From the NCBI GenBank assembly GCA_965237955.1, contig OZ250169.1, positions 5,504,001 through 5,568,000 of the forward strand: 64,000 bases of DNA. Direction: 5' to 3'. Each line of letters starts with the position of its first letter. The stretch's first letter is position 1. Below are positions 30,235 through 40,832 of the stretch, piece after piece. This DNA comes from Candidatus Marinacidobacterales bacterium (GTDB lineage: Bacteria; Acidobacteriota; Vicinamibacteria; Marinacidobacterales; SMYC01). A program made the position numbers and the translations under genes. The notes under the pieces are model-generated. The model saw only the letters and a program-made list of their open reading frames with translations, did no database searches and had not been told where the DNA came from.

Positions 30235-31700
30235 CACGCCTTCTCCGGGAAAAACTTCGCTACCGGTGCACCGTCTAGGGGTTTGGTCATGGCGGCCACC
30301 ACGAAAATGAGTACGCCCCCGGTCGCGAGCCCGATCACGCCCGGATGAATATCCTGAGCCCACGTGGCTCCCGCGATGCGCGCCCACGTCCACACGCCGC
30401 AAACGAATGCGCCACCGACCGACGACGCGATGGCCGCTTCCTTGCTGACGTGCTTGGTCGTGAGACCTACTATGAGCGGGAAGAAAAACGTCGAGCCCAG
30501 GACCGCCACGGCATAGGACACGATCTGCAAAATCAAATCGACGTCGGGTATCGCTCCTATTAACGCCACGACACCGACGATGAGGATCGTCCATCGTGAG
30601 GCGCGCAAATAGTAGCTCTCGTCTTTTTGAATCCCTCGGGGCTCGTGGATGCATTTGCGCATCAGGTCGTGCACGACCGCGGCACCTGACATCAAGAGCA
30701 GCGAGTCCGTCGTCGACATCGCGGCGCTGGCGATGCCGGTGAGAGCGAACGCCGCGAAGAGCGGTGGCAAGATCGCGGTGACGAGCGCGGGAAACGCTTG
30801 ATCGGGAGAGGAGATGGTGTCCCACACGAGAATCCGGGCCGCGCCCCCGATGTAGAAGTTTCCGTAGAGCAGAAAGATCATCACCAGAAGGATGGTCCAC
30901 GGAAGCGAGCGCCGTGCGATCTTGTCGTCACGGGCCGCGTACATTTTCGTGATGAGCTCCAGGCGGGTGCAGTAAGCGACGAACCAAATGATGTACCACG
31001 AGATGAGAAAACTGAGGGTCCACGAGGTCCCTTGAGGGCTCGTCCACCCGGGCGCGAGTGCTTCGACCTGATCGATGACGTCGTACCAACCGCCGACCTT
31101 GTCGTAGACGTAGGGGCCCATCAACAGCAAACCGAGCCACATGAAAACGAATTGGGCGATGTTCGTCCACACGACGGCGAGCAAACCGCCGATCGCCACG
31201 TAGAACACGAACACCGCGGTCCCGACGAACATGCCGGCAAGAAAACTCACGCCGATGAGCTCTTCGAGAATGAAGCCCATGACCCGTATCTGAGCAATGA
31301 GATAGATGATGCTCGAAACCCCGACGACGACGGCGCTGAAGCCGCGAAGAAACGTACTGTCGAAGCGGTCGCCCATGTAGTCCGGTAGCGTGAAACCGCG
31401 CGAGTCGCGGAGTTTCTTGGCGAAGAAGAAAAAAATCACAGCGACACCGCCGACGAATCCGAGGTAGGGAAGTCCGGCAACGCCTCCGATGTTTCCCATC
31501 AACGCGACGCCGCTCAGAACCGACCCACCGTGCATGATGGCGGCCATGTTCGCCATAACGAGCACCGGGAGGCCGATGCGTCGGCTCGCCACCCAGAAAT
31601 CCGCCGAGGTCTTCTGGTGCCGCGCCGACGCGATGCCGACCGCGACCATGACTAAAAGATACAGGGTGAAGAGTAGAAGACCGATGGTGTGAACCGACAT
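30234..31700 (-). CDS. Sodium:solute symporter family protein (PanF/PutP/ActP-like)
   Basis: 'DFWVASRRIG', 'TLPDYMGDRF', 'GGLLAVVWTN', 'SAAMSTTDSLLL'; start MSVHTIG at 31700. Confidence 0.9.
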   Translation of the reverse strand: MSVHTIGLLLFTLYLLVMVAVGIASARHQKTSADFWVASRRIGLPVLVMANMAAIMHGGSVLSGVALMGNIGGVAGLPYLGFVGGVAVIFFFFAKKLRDSRGFTLPDYMGDRFDSTFLRGFSAVVVGVSSIIYLIAQIRVMGFILEELIGVSFLAGMFVGTAVFVFYVAIGGLLAVVWTNIAQFVFMWLGLLLMGPYVYDKVGGWYDVIDQVEALAPGWTSPQGTSWTLSFLISWYIIWFVAYCTRLELITKMYAARDDKIARRSLPWTILLVMIFLLYGNFYIGGAARILVWDTISSPDQAFPALVTAILPPLFAAFALTGIASAAMSTTDSLLLMSGAAVVHDLMRKCIHEPRGIQKDESYYLRASRWTILIVGVVALIGAIPDVDLILQIVSYAVAVLGSTFFFPLIVGLTTKHVSKEAAIASSVGGAFVCGVWTWARIAGATWAQDIHPGVIGLATGGVLIFVVAAMTKPLDGAPVAKFFPEKA

Positions 31701-31723
31701 AAGCTGGCGCAATCTAGCGAAAT

Positions 31724-31739
31724 TGCACCGACAATGCCA
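31724..31739 (-). promoter_or_regulatory. Possible sigma-54 promoter of the symporter
   Basis: TGGCATTGTCGGTGCA, with -24 GG and -12 GC correctly spaced, 24 nt upstream of the ATG. Confidence 0.35.
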
Positions 31740-31867
31740 ATATGGTGTCCGCAAGCGATGTGGACTCCCGCCGAGAGAATCCGACACCCTTTGCCGGAAG
31801 TGCATTGGCCAACTGCCGATGAGGCGCGCGCGTCGCTTTGGTTCAGTCCCATCGGAAGACCCATTTT

Positions 31868-32457
31868 GATGAGGGACAGGGCGACATTTGGACCTGGACG
31901 GCCATCTGCGCCGACACAAAGCTCGTCCCCTCGTTCCTCGTGGGCGGGCGTGATGCCGGTTACGCTACAGAGTTTCTCCAGGATCTCGCGGGCCGCCTTG
32001 CGAACCGCGTGCAGCTCAACAGCGACGGCTCCAAGGTATACCTCCAGGCCGTCGAAGATGCTTTTGGCGCGGACATCGACTACGCGATGCTGGTCAAGCA
32101 CTACGGGAACGCGCCGCGGCAGGCGAGAAGCGCTACAGCCCCGCCGTCTGTACTGGCACGACGCAGAAGGCCATCACCGGGAGCCCCGACGAGAAGCACA
32201 TCTCCACGAGCTACGTGGAGCGCCAGAACCTCACAATGCGAATGAGCATGCGCGGCTTCACGCGGCTCACGAACGCCTTCTCGAAGAAGATCGACAACCA
32301 CTGTCATTCCATCGCGCTGCACTTCATGTATTACAACTTCGTGCGGATTCACCAAACGCTCAGGACCACCCCGCGATGGCAGCGGGCGTCACTGACAAGC
32401 TGTGGGACATCGCCGATATGGTCGCGCTGCTGGATTAGAGTGAAACTAGATCTACCC
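31868..32457 (+). mobile_element. IS1-family transposase remnant (5' truncated, frameshifted) with right end
   Basis: 'GDIWTWTAICADTKLVPSFLVGGR...VQLNSDG', 'STSYVERQNLTMRMSMR.FTRLTNAFSKK', 'PAMAAGVTDKLW'; ends AAACTAGATCTACC. Confidence 0.82.
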
Positions 32458-32707
32458 GAAATCCTCCCTGAGATCGAGCTCAAAAATGCCTGGGGGCACT
32501 CCCATCGCACGGCATATCACCCGAATGATGTTAGGTTCGACGATATCTTCGGGGGGCCATTCGCGTACGTCTGCCGTTTCCTCCTTCTCCAGCGGTTACC
32601 GCAGACAAACGCCTGCTAGTCTCACACCGCCATTTCGGTGCGGGACCGTGCAAATCGGAGTCGCAAACTACCCGGTTGCGTTCTCGACACACGTCCTGTC
32701 ACAATAT

Positions 32708-34276
32708 ATGAAAGTCCCAACAACTGAAACGTGTAGAAGAGTGGCGACGATTCGATTCGCGTCGGCCGGGCTCCGCGTGTGTCCGGTCGTCCTCCTCCTC
32801 GTGTGCGCGGTGTGGTCGACTCCTGTACACGCGCAGCCGGATATCGATCACCCTGGCATCGAGTGCATCGAGCCGGGGAAGTACGTGGTCATCCTTTCCG
32901 GGATCGATCCCGAGCGGGAGGTCCAGACGGCCAAAGTCTACTTTCGCTCGATCCTCTATCCGGACTTCTACTACGTGGAGATGACGTACGAGAACGGTCG
33001 CTTCCAAGGCATTCTTCCCAAACCATCGCCGGAGACGACGCAAATCATGTACTACCTCGAGGCGGTCGACAGTGTGTTCAACGGCACCCGTTCTCTGGAA
33101 TGGGATCCGCTCGTCCAAGAATGCGATGACGATCCCGCCGCCGCCTACTTCACCGGCGAGGAGACCGGGATCGTCATCGGTGCCACGACCGCGGGGCAAT
33201 CGGCGATTCCTGCCGGCTTCTCGGCCGCTGGCATTGTCGGTACGATCGCAGCCACGGGCTTTGCCACCGGTCTCGGCGGAGGCATCGGAGCCGGCACCGC
33301 GGTCGCCGTGGGAGCGGTGGCGGCGGGTGCTGCAGGAGCGGTTGTCGCGACGAGTGGCGGCGAGGAAGAGCCCACGACAACGGCGGTGGCCGCTGCGACG
33401 ACGACGTTGCCCGCGGTCCCGGATCCCGCGCCAAGCTCGACGAGCGCTCCGGGGCCGGGGAGCACGACGACGGTCGGCAGCACCACCACGGTGTCAGGTA
33501 CTACGAGGTCCATCAGCGGGAGCACGACGACGTCCACGGGTGGCGCTTCGACCTCGACAACGACTGCCTCGACCACGAGCATCGTCACCACCACGATTGC
33601 AACGACGACCGTCGCCCTTCCGCCGCTCAACGCGGGCTGTTTCACGATTCAAGTTTTGGGCGATTGCAAGGTTCGGGTCGACGCCACCTGCGTCAACTTG
33701 CCCGTCGATCGCTACGAATGGATTTTGGATATCGACAATCGCTGGCAGCGCGTGACTCTTTCCAGCGGGCCGTCGATCGTGGTCCAGAACTGGAGCAGCT
33801 CTTGCGACGACGATGATGAAACGATCCGATTTCAGCTCACGGTGCACCGCGGCGTCGATTCGGATTCCGCGGTCAAGAGCATCGTCGTTCCCGGCGACGA
33901 CCTCAGAACGATTCCCGATGCGCCCGAACGAAGCGTGCCGCGGGCTCGTTTCGAAAGCCATCTCGATCTGCCCGGTGTCGCCCGCGGTCGTATCGTCGTC
34001 AACGGAACATCGGGTCGGATCATCGATAGCTCCCAACCGGTGGTGATCGACGCGCGCGGCCCGAGGGGCGTGAACACCATCATTGGGACGCTCATCGGAG
34101 GTTCGCGTGACTCGGGCGTCTGGCGATTCGATTTCCGGAACGAGCCACGGTTCGAGCGCGGTAGTCTTGCGATCGTACGAGGCGACGTGTTGACGGTCGG
34201 ACCGAACGCCATCGTGTTTCGCTTGAGTGGACGTCCGGGCGAGAGCGTCGAGTTCACCTACGAGCTTCGTCCCTAG
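32708..34276 (+). CDS. Secreted/surface protein: Ig-like domain, Gly/Ala-rich segment, Thr-rich linker, beta-rich C-terminal domains
   Basis: Signal peptide ending 'TPVHA-Q'; 'AKVYFRS...FYYVEM...YYLEA'; long poly-Thr stalk. Start uncertain (32708 or 32741). Confidence 0.72.
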   Translation: MKVPTTETCRRVATIRFASAGLRVCPVVLLLVCAVWSTPVHAQPDIDHPGIECIEPGKYVVILSGIDPEREVQTAKVYFRSILYPDFYYVEMTYENGRFQGILPKPSPETTQIMYYLEAVDSVFNGTRSLEWDPLVQECDDDPAAAYFTGEETGIVIGATTAGQSAIPAGFSAAGIVGTIAATGFATGLGGGIGAGTAVAVGAVAAGAAGAVVATSGGEEEPTTTAVAAATTTLPAVPDPAPSSTSAPGPGSTTTVGSTTTVSGTTRSISGSTTTSTGGASTSTTTASTTSIVTTTIATTTVALPPLNAGCFTIQVLGDCKVRVDATCVNLPVDRYEWILDIDNRWQRVTLSSGPSIVVQNWSSSCDDDDETIRFQLTVHRGVDSDSAVKSIVVPGDDLRTIPDAPERSVPRARFESHLDLPGVARGRIVVNGTSGRIIDSSQPVVIDARGPRGVNTIIGTLIGGSRDSGVWRFDFRNEPRFERGSLAIVRGDVLTVGPNAIVFRLSGRPGESVEFTYELRP

Positions 34277-34505
34277 TCACCGAATTACGCTAGCCCATGT
34301 TTCCCTTTAGGTCTCTAAGTCATCCAAAACAAAGGATCGGGATCTGCCGTTTGTTCACTACAACTGACGGATGCTCCTTTGAGAAAGGGCTGGCGGGTCC
34401 TTACTTTCAGAAGTACATACTACGTAGGTAAGAGTAGCTAAGTGGTCTTCACCGAAGCCGAAAAAGAGGCGCAGAAAATCAAACTAGACCACTAACGTTT
34501 TTTCC

Positions 34506-35952
34506 GGAGGTGCCCCCACCATAGTTGAAGGTTCGAGGTGGTGGCGGCTCCTGACACATGGTTTACCCGACTTTGGCGTGCTTGTCGAGCGCTTGATTCT
34601 CAGTGACCTCCGCTAACTTCGCTTCGAGGATCGGTAGCGATTGGTATCCAATGATACGACGGAAATTTTTCTCCGTGGCGAGCAGAGCCGAAGCGGCCCA
34701 TCTCAGAACCATCTTGCCATTGCGCCAGCGGGTGACGCGAACGGGTACGACCTCGCGCACCGCTGAAGCACGACTCGATGATGTTCGTCGATCCAAGGCA
34801 GCGTTTCAGAGATGCGGGGAGGTCGAGCTCGTTGATGGTGAACATCTCGTCGAGCCCCTCCCGGATGCTCTCCGCCGCCGAGGGGTAGTCGTCCTCGAGC
34901 CACTTCGCCTGTTGCTCCAACCGCGCTTTGCCCTTCTTTGCTGGGAGCTGCCAGGCCGAACGCAGGCTCGCTTGCACTTGCGGCTTCAGCTCCTGCGGCA
35001 GATAACCGAGCACATTGCGCTCCTTGTGCTTCCTGCAACGCTGGACCTTGTTGTGGGTACCGAACACAGCGTCGACGGCGACCCGTAGCGCCTTGGAGCC
35101 ATCGATCACGAACAGCCGACACCGCTCTGGGCTCAGGCCTCGTTCGACCAGGTCCTCCAGCAGCGCCTTGCACACTATCTGGTTCTCCGATGCTCCATCC
35201 CGAAGCCCCAGAACATGCTTGTATCCCTCTGTATCTACGCCGATTGCCGCCAGCGCGTGGTGCTCGCCGAAGCGAATCCCGTCCAGGTACACGACCGCGA
35301 TCTCCAGCTCGTCCAGCGGACGCTCCATCAGCCCCTGCAACTGCTCCGCGCTTGCTTCCACGAACTCACGGCTCACCTCGCTCTTGCTAACCCCTACCGT
35401 CTCCGCCATCTCGGGAAGAACCGACGCGTACTTGCGCGTCGACACACCCAGCATCAGGATTTCCCAGATGCGTTGGCTCAGCCGAGACGAGTTGTTCACC
35501 GCTTCGTAGGCAGGAATCGCAACCTCCCCTCCCTCTGCCTTTCCCTTACGCCGCAGACGTGGCCGGCTCACTCTCAACTTCCGCTCCGCAAGGCTTACTA
35601 CGCCACCCTGCCGGCCGTGCCAGCGAACATCGCTACCCTTCTTCCCCGGGTGTTTCTCCCCAGCCACACTTTGGGCTGACAGATCCAAGACCGCTTCGAT
35701 CGTCGCTCGGCCAGCAACGTCGATCACTTCGTCGATCGCTATCTCGGTTCGCTCAATCGCATCCAAGAACGGCAACAGAGCTTGCCCCTTCGAGCTCAGT
35801 ATCTCTCGAAGCTTCTTCCTGTTCTTCGCATCGATGATTTGGTAATTTGACCATCGTGGTGGCTCCTTTCTTTTTCCTTCACAGCCGGATTCTATCGAAC
35901 CCGGCCTTAGGAGCCGCCACTCCTAACCTTCAACTATCTCAGGGGCATCTCC
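34506..35952 (-). mobile_element. IS256-family insertion sequence, 1447 bp, 8-bp TSD TTTTTTCC
   Basis: IRs GGAGGTGCCCCCACCATAGTTGAAGGTT / GGAGATGCCCCTGAGATAGTTGAAGGTT; TTTTTTCC at 34498-34505 and 35953-35960. Confidence 0.92.
34563..35854 (-). pseudogene. IS256 (Mutator) transposase with frameshifts near 35845 and 34745
   Basis: 'GVSTRKY', 'VYLDG', 'GASEN', 'FVIDGSKAL', 'QRCRKHKERN', 'STNIIES'; C-terminus 'RVTRWRNGKMVLRW' in ORF 34563..34796; GAAAGGAG RBS before ATG 35854. Confidence 0.9.
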
Positions 35953-36114
35953 TTTTTTCCATCGGGTTTTGTTGCAGACGCGACGGGTGAGCTCCTCGAC
36001 TTCGATGGGATTTCCCCCCCAGGTGCGTTGCCCAATCCCCTCGGCTTGTGAAGGGACCCTCCCTGTAACTCATTGTCCATAAAAGCGATTGCTGGAAATC
36101 CCCGGTCCCGGCCC

Positions 36115-36130
36115 TGGCATGGCAATTGCA
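36115..36130 (+). promoter_or_regulatory. Sigma-54 (RpoN) promoter
   Basis: TGGCATGGCAATTGCA matches TGGCAC-N5-TTGCA, 115 nt upstream of ORF 36245. Confidence 0.6.
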
Positions 36131-36244
36131 CTTTTACGTCCCTGATCCGGCTTCTTGGGCTGGGCAAATCTGTCTCGGAAAAGGACGTGAAACGGGGCCA
36201 CTACGGATGCAGGGACTGGCAATGGACCAGGACAGAGGAAAACC

Positions 36245-36733
36245 ATGACGTGTAAACAGATGACATACTTTGGACTCGCGTTCGGCCTGCTCATGCTCGT
36301 CCCGTCCGCGGAGAGCGTGGCGGCGTCCACCGTCGCCAAACGCTCACGGTGCTACAGCGTCTTCGTGAGCTCACCCGAGGCAGCGAAGACGCGCCGCAGA
36401 AGGCCCAAGTTCTCGGCGGCGGAGATCATGGACATCCAGCTCCAGGCGCTCGTCTCGCGGAAGCTCACGGGCCACCACAGCCTCGAGTTCAAGATCTACA
36501 CGCCGAAAGGCAACCTCTATCAGTCGATGACGCTTCAGTTCGACGCGGACGCGCCGATACCGGAAGGCGCGCGGCGACGGAGCCGTCGCTTCCAGGAAGT
36601 GAATGCGGTCTTGCCCGTCGCAGGCACGAGCATCGTCACCAGCTCGATGTACGGTACCTGGAAAGTCGAGGCCTTCCTCGACGGCGACGAGCGAAGGTGC
36701 TCGCGCCCGAGAAGATTCAAGATCCAACCGTAG
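36245..36733 (+). CDS. Secreted basic hypothetical protein, probable Ig-like fold
   Basis: AGAGGA RBS, signal peptide, beta-rich 'LEFKIYTPKGNLYQ...LPVAGT.I....MYGTWKVEAFLD'. Confidence 0.75.
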   Translation: MTCKQMTYFGLAFGLLMLVPSAESVAASTVAKRSRCYSVFVSSPEAAKTRRRRPKFSAAEIMDIQLQALVSRKLTGHHSLEFKIYTPKGNLYQSMTLQFDADAPIPEGARRRSRRFQEVNAVLPVAGTSIVTSSMYGTWKVEAFLDGDERRCSRPRRFKIQP

Positions 36734-36977
36734 CTTTTTGCCTGTCCATCGTCAAATCATCGGGTCGTGCGAGCGTGCCATCCCGTTCTTGTGCGACGCG
36801 TATTCGGAAGAAACCCTCTCCTCCTGTGTGCTTTAGAGACTGCCGTTTGCGTCTGCCGTCAAATCCCCGTAACCTTTCCGTAGGTCCCCCAAAAGCGAAT
36901 AGCAAACCGTACCAGGGCGCGCCCGGCGGTCCGCCGCCCGGGCCGGTGGCCGCTTCCTTGGTGATCGGAGCGTCAGC

Positions 36978-37183
36978 ATGCCCAAATACACGATTCACTT
37001 TTCCAACAAAACCGACAGAGATCTCGCGCGCCTGACGAAAGCCCTCGGGTCAACTCCAAGGCGGACGTTGTTCGAAGAGCTCTGAACCTGCTTCGCCACG
37101 TGCTTGATGAACAGAAGGCAGGGGGAAGACTGGTCGTCGAAAACAACCGGGATAAGACGAAGAAAGAGCTCATCCCCATCTAG
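36978..37183 (+). CDS. CopG-like ribbon-helix-helix protein (1-nt frameshift near 37048; absent from the ORF track)
   Basis: One extra G gives MPKYTIHFSNKTDRDLARLTKALGVNSKADVVRRALNLLRHVLDEQKAGGRLVVENNRDKTKKELIPI*; GGAG RBS. Confidence 0.7.
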
Positions 37184-37194
37184 ATCCCGACACT

Positions 37195-39822
37195 ATGCGC
37201 GGAAGCCTGACCCCAGATGACCTCGCGCGCGTCCTGCGAGGGCTTGCGGTAAACCGTAAGGAGGGGATTCTTCATCTCTCGAGCGACGGTGTTTCCAAGC
37301 GCATCTACGTCAGCGGGGGCTCCATTATCTTTGCCGGCTCCGACGACGAGCAGGAACGCCTCGGAGAGATCCTCGTCCGCGCGGGCAAACTTGAGCGCAC
37401 CGATCTCGAGCTCTCCTTGAAGGTCATGAAGGAGACCGGAGAGAGTCTCGGGACAACCATCAGCGAAATGGGCTTTACCTCACCCGCGGACATAGCAGCG
37501 CACGCACTCGAACGGACGAAGTCGATCATCTGTTCGCTATTCGCTTGCTCGTCTGGAACCTTCTACTTCGAGGAGCGCGCGACGGGCGTCAGCGAAGACA
37601 TGGCACTCGAGCTCTCGACCCACGAGATGATCCTCGAGGCGGCTCGCAGTATCAAGCACCCTGAGCTCGTGCGGCGAGGCCTCGGCGATTTGAAGGCCGT
37701 ACTCCGCCAGCCACCCAACCCCCTCGTCCCCTACGAGGGGGGGAACCTGAGCTCCTCCGTCGATTGGATTCTGTTCCAGGCGAACGGCGTTTCCACCATG
37801 GAAGAGATCGTTCGAAGCTCGCCTCTTGACGAGGACAAGACCCTACTATCTATCTACGCCCTCGTGCTCGCAGGGATTTTGGAAGTCGAGAACCCAGAGA
37901 GAGCGCTGGCTGCGAGAACCGACGCGACCAAGGTGACTTTCGGGCAACACGGACCGCCGCCACAGAGCGCCTCGTCCACCTCCGGCACCGACGAGCTCCC
38001 ACAAAAACTCGGGCGGTACGAAGTGGAGAGACTCCTCGGCCGCGGGGCCATGGGGGCCGTTGACCAGGCGCGAGACCCCGCAATCGACCGAACGGTCGCG
38101 ATCAAGCTCGTGCAAACTGCCGTGCAGCTAAGTCCTTCGGAGCTCGAAAAGTACCTGGAACGCTTCCACCGAGAAGCGAAGGCGGCGGGAAAGCTCCTCC
38201 ACCCGGGAATTGTTACCGTCTTTGATGTGGGGCATACGAACGAGGAAACACCCTTCATCGTGATGGAATACGTTGAGGGAAGGACGCTCCAAGAGATCCT
38301 CGAGTCCGAGAACCTCGAAACGGACGAAGTGCAACGCCTTTCGGTCGAGATCCTCGAGGCGTTAGCCTTTGCTCATTCGAACGGAATCGTTCATCGGGAC
38401 GTTAAACCTGCGAACGTTCTCGTGACCGAGGAGCGTCGAATCAAGATCATGGATTTCGGCATCGCACATGTTGTGGGCTCCGAGTTGACTCAGGCCGAGG
38501 ACGTTATCGGAAGCCCCAACTACATGGCCCCAGAACAGCTCTCCAAGGGAACTATCGACCCCCGGACCGATCTCTTTGCGTTCGGAGTGATGCTCTACCG
38601 AATGCTCACCGGCACGCTACCGTTTGTGGGCGACTCCTTCGCCGCCATCGCGCAGGCTATTCTTGTTGAGGAGCCGCCACCGCCGTCGAGCGTCGACCCC
38701 GCGATTCCGGACCACCTGAGTAATGCTGTCGTTCGCTGCCTCGCGAAAGACCCCGACTCACGTTTCGTGACCGCCGACGAGTTGAAGCACACATTGCGAC
38801 ATCCGTCCGGTGACGGCATCGCCGCGGACAACGAGATGGTTTCGTCCGAAACCAGAGCGGGGGTCCCTACCGGAGAGAGCTCGAAGATCCCCAAGGTCGC
38901 CGACGTTCCGGTCGAGCCGCTTCAGAACAAACGCAAGAGCCTCTATTTCGGATCGGCTGTTGCTGCATCCATTGCGGCCGCTCTTTTTGTAGTCTTTGCC
39001 TTCTCAGGAGGAAGATCGGAGGAGAGCGTCTCTCCGGAGCCACAAGCAACACCCCCGGAGGTGTCAGGACGGAGCCCCATTCCCGACGAGCCCCCAACGA
39101 GCTCGGACCCCTTCGATACGGCAGAAGAGTCGAGCGAGACAATACCCGAACAACCAAGCGATGCCGAGTTCTATCACCAAGCCAGTATCGCTTTCGAGCG
39201 GGGTGACCTCGACGCCGCCAAGGCGGCTCTCGAAGAGCTCGTCCGCAGCAATCCTGGCTTCGAGGGAGCTCCCGAGCTCCTCGTCAAAGTGAACGAGCAG
39301 CTCCGCAACGAGATACGAAGTCCGGAACGCGAGCCAACACCGGCGGCCCCGCTCGAGCCCAAACCCACCGCGGCACCCACCGAAGCCGAGCTCTTCTACC
39401 GGGCAAGGCTCGCCTTCGAAAACGGAGACCTCGAGGGTAGCAGGGACCAGCTCGAGGCACTTCTACGAACCAACCCTTCCTTCGAAGGCGCCTCTGAGCT
39501 CCTCGTCACCGTCGACGACGAGCTCTGGAAGAAAACCTTACCCTTCTCGTACCGTGCCAAACACAATCACCGCCTCGGTAGCTGCACAGGCACCCTGAGT
39601 CTGGCAGCGTCGGGCATTCGATACTCCTCGAAGGACCACGAGTGGAGCTGGGATTTCGATGCCATTCGGCTGATGGACCGTGACGGGCGCAGGGTCCTCA
39701 ACGTTGAAACATACGAAACAGACGTTTTGGGACTGGGCAAGCCCAAGAACTATCGATTCGAGCTGCTGCGTGACTCACTGCGGCACGAAGACTGGATGAG
39801 GTACCAGCGGTTGATGCGGTAG
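37195..39822 (+). CDS. Hanks-type Ser/Thr protein kinase with N-terminal DUF4388-like domain, TM helix and two TPR-like repeats
   Basis: 'LGRGAMG', 'VAIK', 'HRDVKPAN', 'DFGIA', 'YMAPEQ'; duplicated 'AFE.GDL......LE.L.R.NP.FEGA.ELLV.V'. Confidence 0.92.
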   Translation: MRGSLTPDDLARVLRGLAVNRKEGILHLSSDGVSKRIYVSGGSIIFAGSDDEQERLGEILVRAGKLERTDLELSLKVMKETGESLGTTISEMGFTSPADIAAHALERTKSIICSLFACSSGTFYFEERATGVSEDMALELSTHEMILEAARSIKHPELVRRGLGDLKAVLRQPPNPLVPYEGGNLSSSVDWILFQANGVSTMEEIVRSSPLDEDKTLLSIYALVLAGILEVENPERALAARTDATKVTFGQHGPPPQSASSTSGTDELPQKLGRYEVERLLGRGAMGAVDQARDPAIDRTVAIKLVQTAVQLSPSELEKYLERFHREAKAAGKLLHPGIVTVFDVGHTNEETPFIVMEYVEGRTLQEILESENLETDEVQRLSVEILEALAFAHSNGIVHRDVKPANVLVTEERRIKIMDFGIAHVVGSELTQAEDVIGSPNYMAPEQLSKGTIDPRTDLFAFGVMLYRMLTGTLPFVGDSFAAIAQAILVEEPPPPSSVDPAIPDHLSNAVVRCLAKDPDSRFVTADELKHTLRHPSGDGIAADNEMVSSETRAGVPTGESSKIPKVADVPVEPLQNKRKSLYFGSAVAASIAAALFVVFAFSGGRSEESVSPEPQATPPEVSGRSPIPDEPPTSSDPFDTAEESSETIPEQPSDAEFYHQASIAFERGDLDAAKAALEELVRSNPGFEGAPELLVKVNEQLRNEIRSPEREPTPAAPLEPKPTAAPTEAELFYRARLAFENGDLEGSRDQLEALLRTNPSFEGASELLVTVDDELWKKTLPFSYRAKHNHRLGSCTGTLSLAASGIRYSSKDHEWSWDFDAIRLMDRDGRRVLNVETYETDVLGLGKPKNYRFELLRDSLRHEDWMRYQRLMR

Positions 39823-39845
39823 GCTGGTATCCGGGGTCTGGCGCG

Positions 39846-40250
39846 ATGCACGATGCCGCCGGCCAAGCGGTGAGCGCGTTCATCATGATCTCGATCTTCG
39901 GCGCTCTCGGCGGCCTCGTCATGACCGCGCCCCGCATCATCTACGCGCCGGCATCACAATACAAAGACAGTGAGCTCGTCCCCCTGCAGCTCATGAACGT
40001 CGCGACCGGCGCCGCTGTGTTCCGCCTGAGAAAGCGCTCTATGGAAAATCGCCACAACGATCAGTATTTGACGCCCGGCTATCCGGTCGTGCCGCTCGTC
40101 TTCATCGTCGTCATGACGCTCTTGATGGTGAACGCGGCAGTCTATAACCCGCTTGATACGTTCATCGGGGCTCGCGCTGACCGCGCTCGGACTACCCGTT
40201 TATCTTTGGATCGTGAGAGGGAGCGCCGGGTCACCGAAGAGGTGATAGAT
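39846..40250 (+). pseudogene. APC family amino acid permease remnant with internal deletions
   Basis: 'IMISIFGALGGLVMTAPRIIYA' and 'AVFRLRK...YLTPGYPVVPLVFI' with intervening helices missing. Confidence 0.65.
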
Positions 40251-40832
40251 GGCGATGAGCTCCGGCATGGCGCCGGTGTCGGCGAAGCGCTCCTGGGCCT
40301 TGAGCACGGCATCACCGATACGGCGGTGGTTTCCGTTCACGAGCTCTTCCAAAAGGATCTCATGGTAGCGGTGAGCGGGTCCGTCGAGACTGAGTCCCGT
40401 GGGTGAGAACGCTGCGATGGCGCCTTTGCCTTCAGCCTTCACCATTCCTTCCGCGAGCGAGTCGAAATACGGAAAGTGAAAGAATCCGTTCAGACAGTTC
40501 ATCGTCAGCAATATCGGCTGCTCGGCTTGAGGCGCCAACGCGTCGATGTCCCCGGTGTTGAACACGTTCTCGTCCGCCCACAAGTGAATTGCACCGTGAC
40601 CCATATAGCTTACTAACGTTGCCCCGTTGTCGAGCGCTGCCCGCACTTCGCTCCGAACACCGGACGTGAGAAAAAATCGCGTTTCCCAAGGGAGATGGGG
40701 ATGGTTGGTCCACACTTCTGTCAACTAGGGGGTCGGGTCCGCGCGGTACGGATTCACCCGATATCGTATCGGCGTTTCGTTGGTGCGTATTGCTAGCGCT
40801 TTAACAAGTCGGGCTGCGTGTGCTCAACGCGC

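Noticed and set aside
33370-33615. ACG/ACC-rich repetitive tract as a possible array
   Set aside because: It encodes the Thr-rich linker of the secreted protein; there is no repeat-spacer periodicity.
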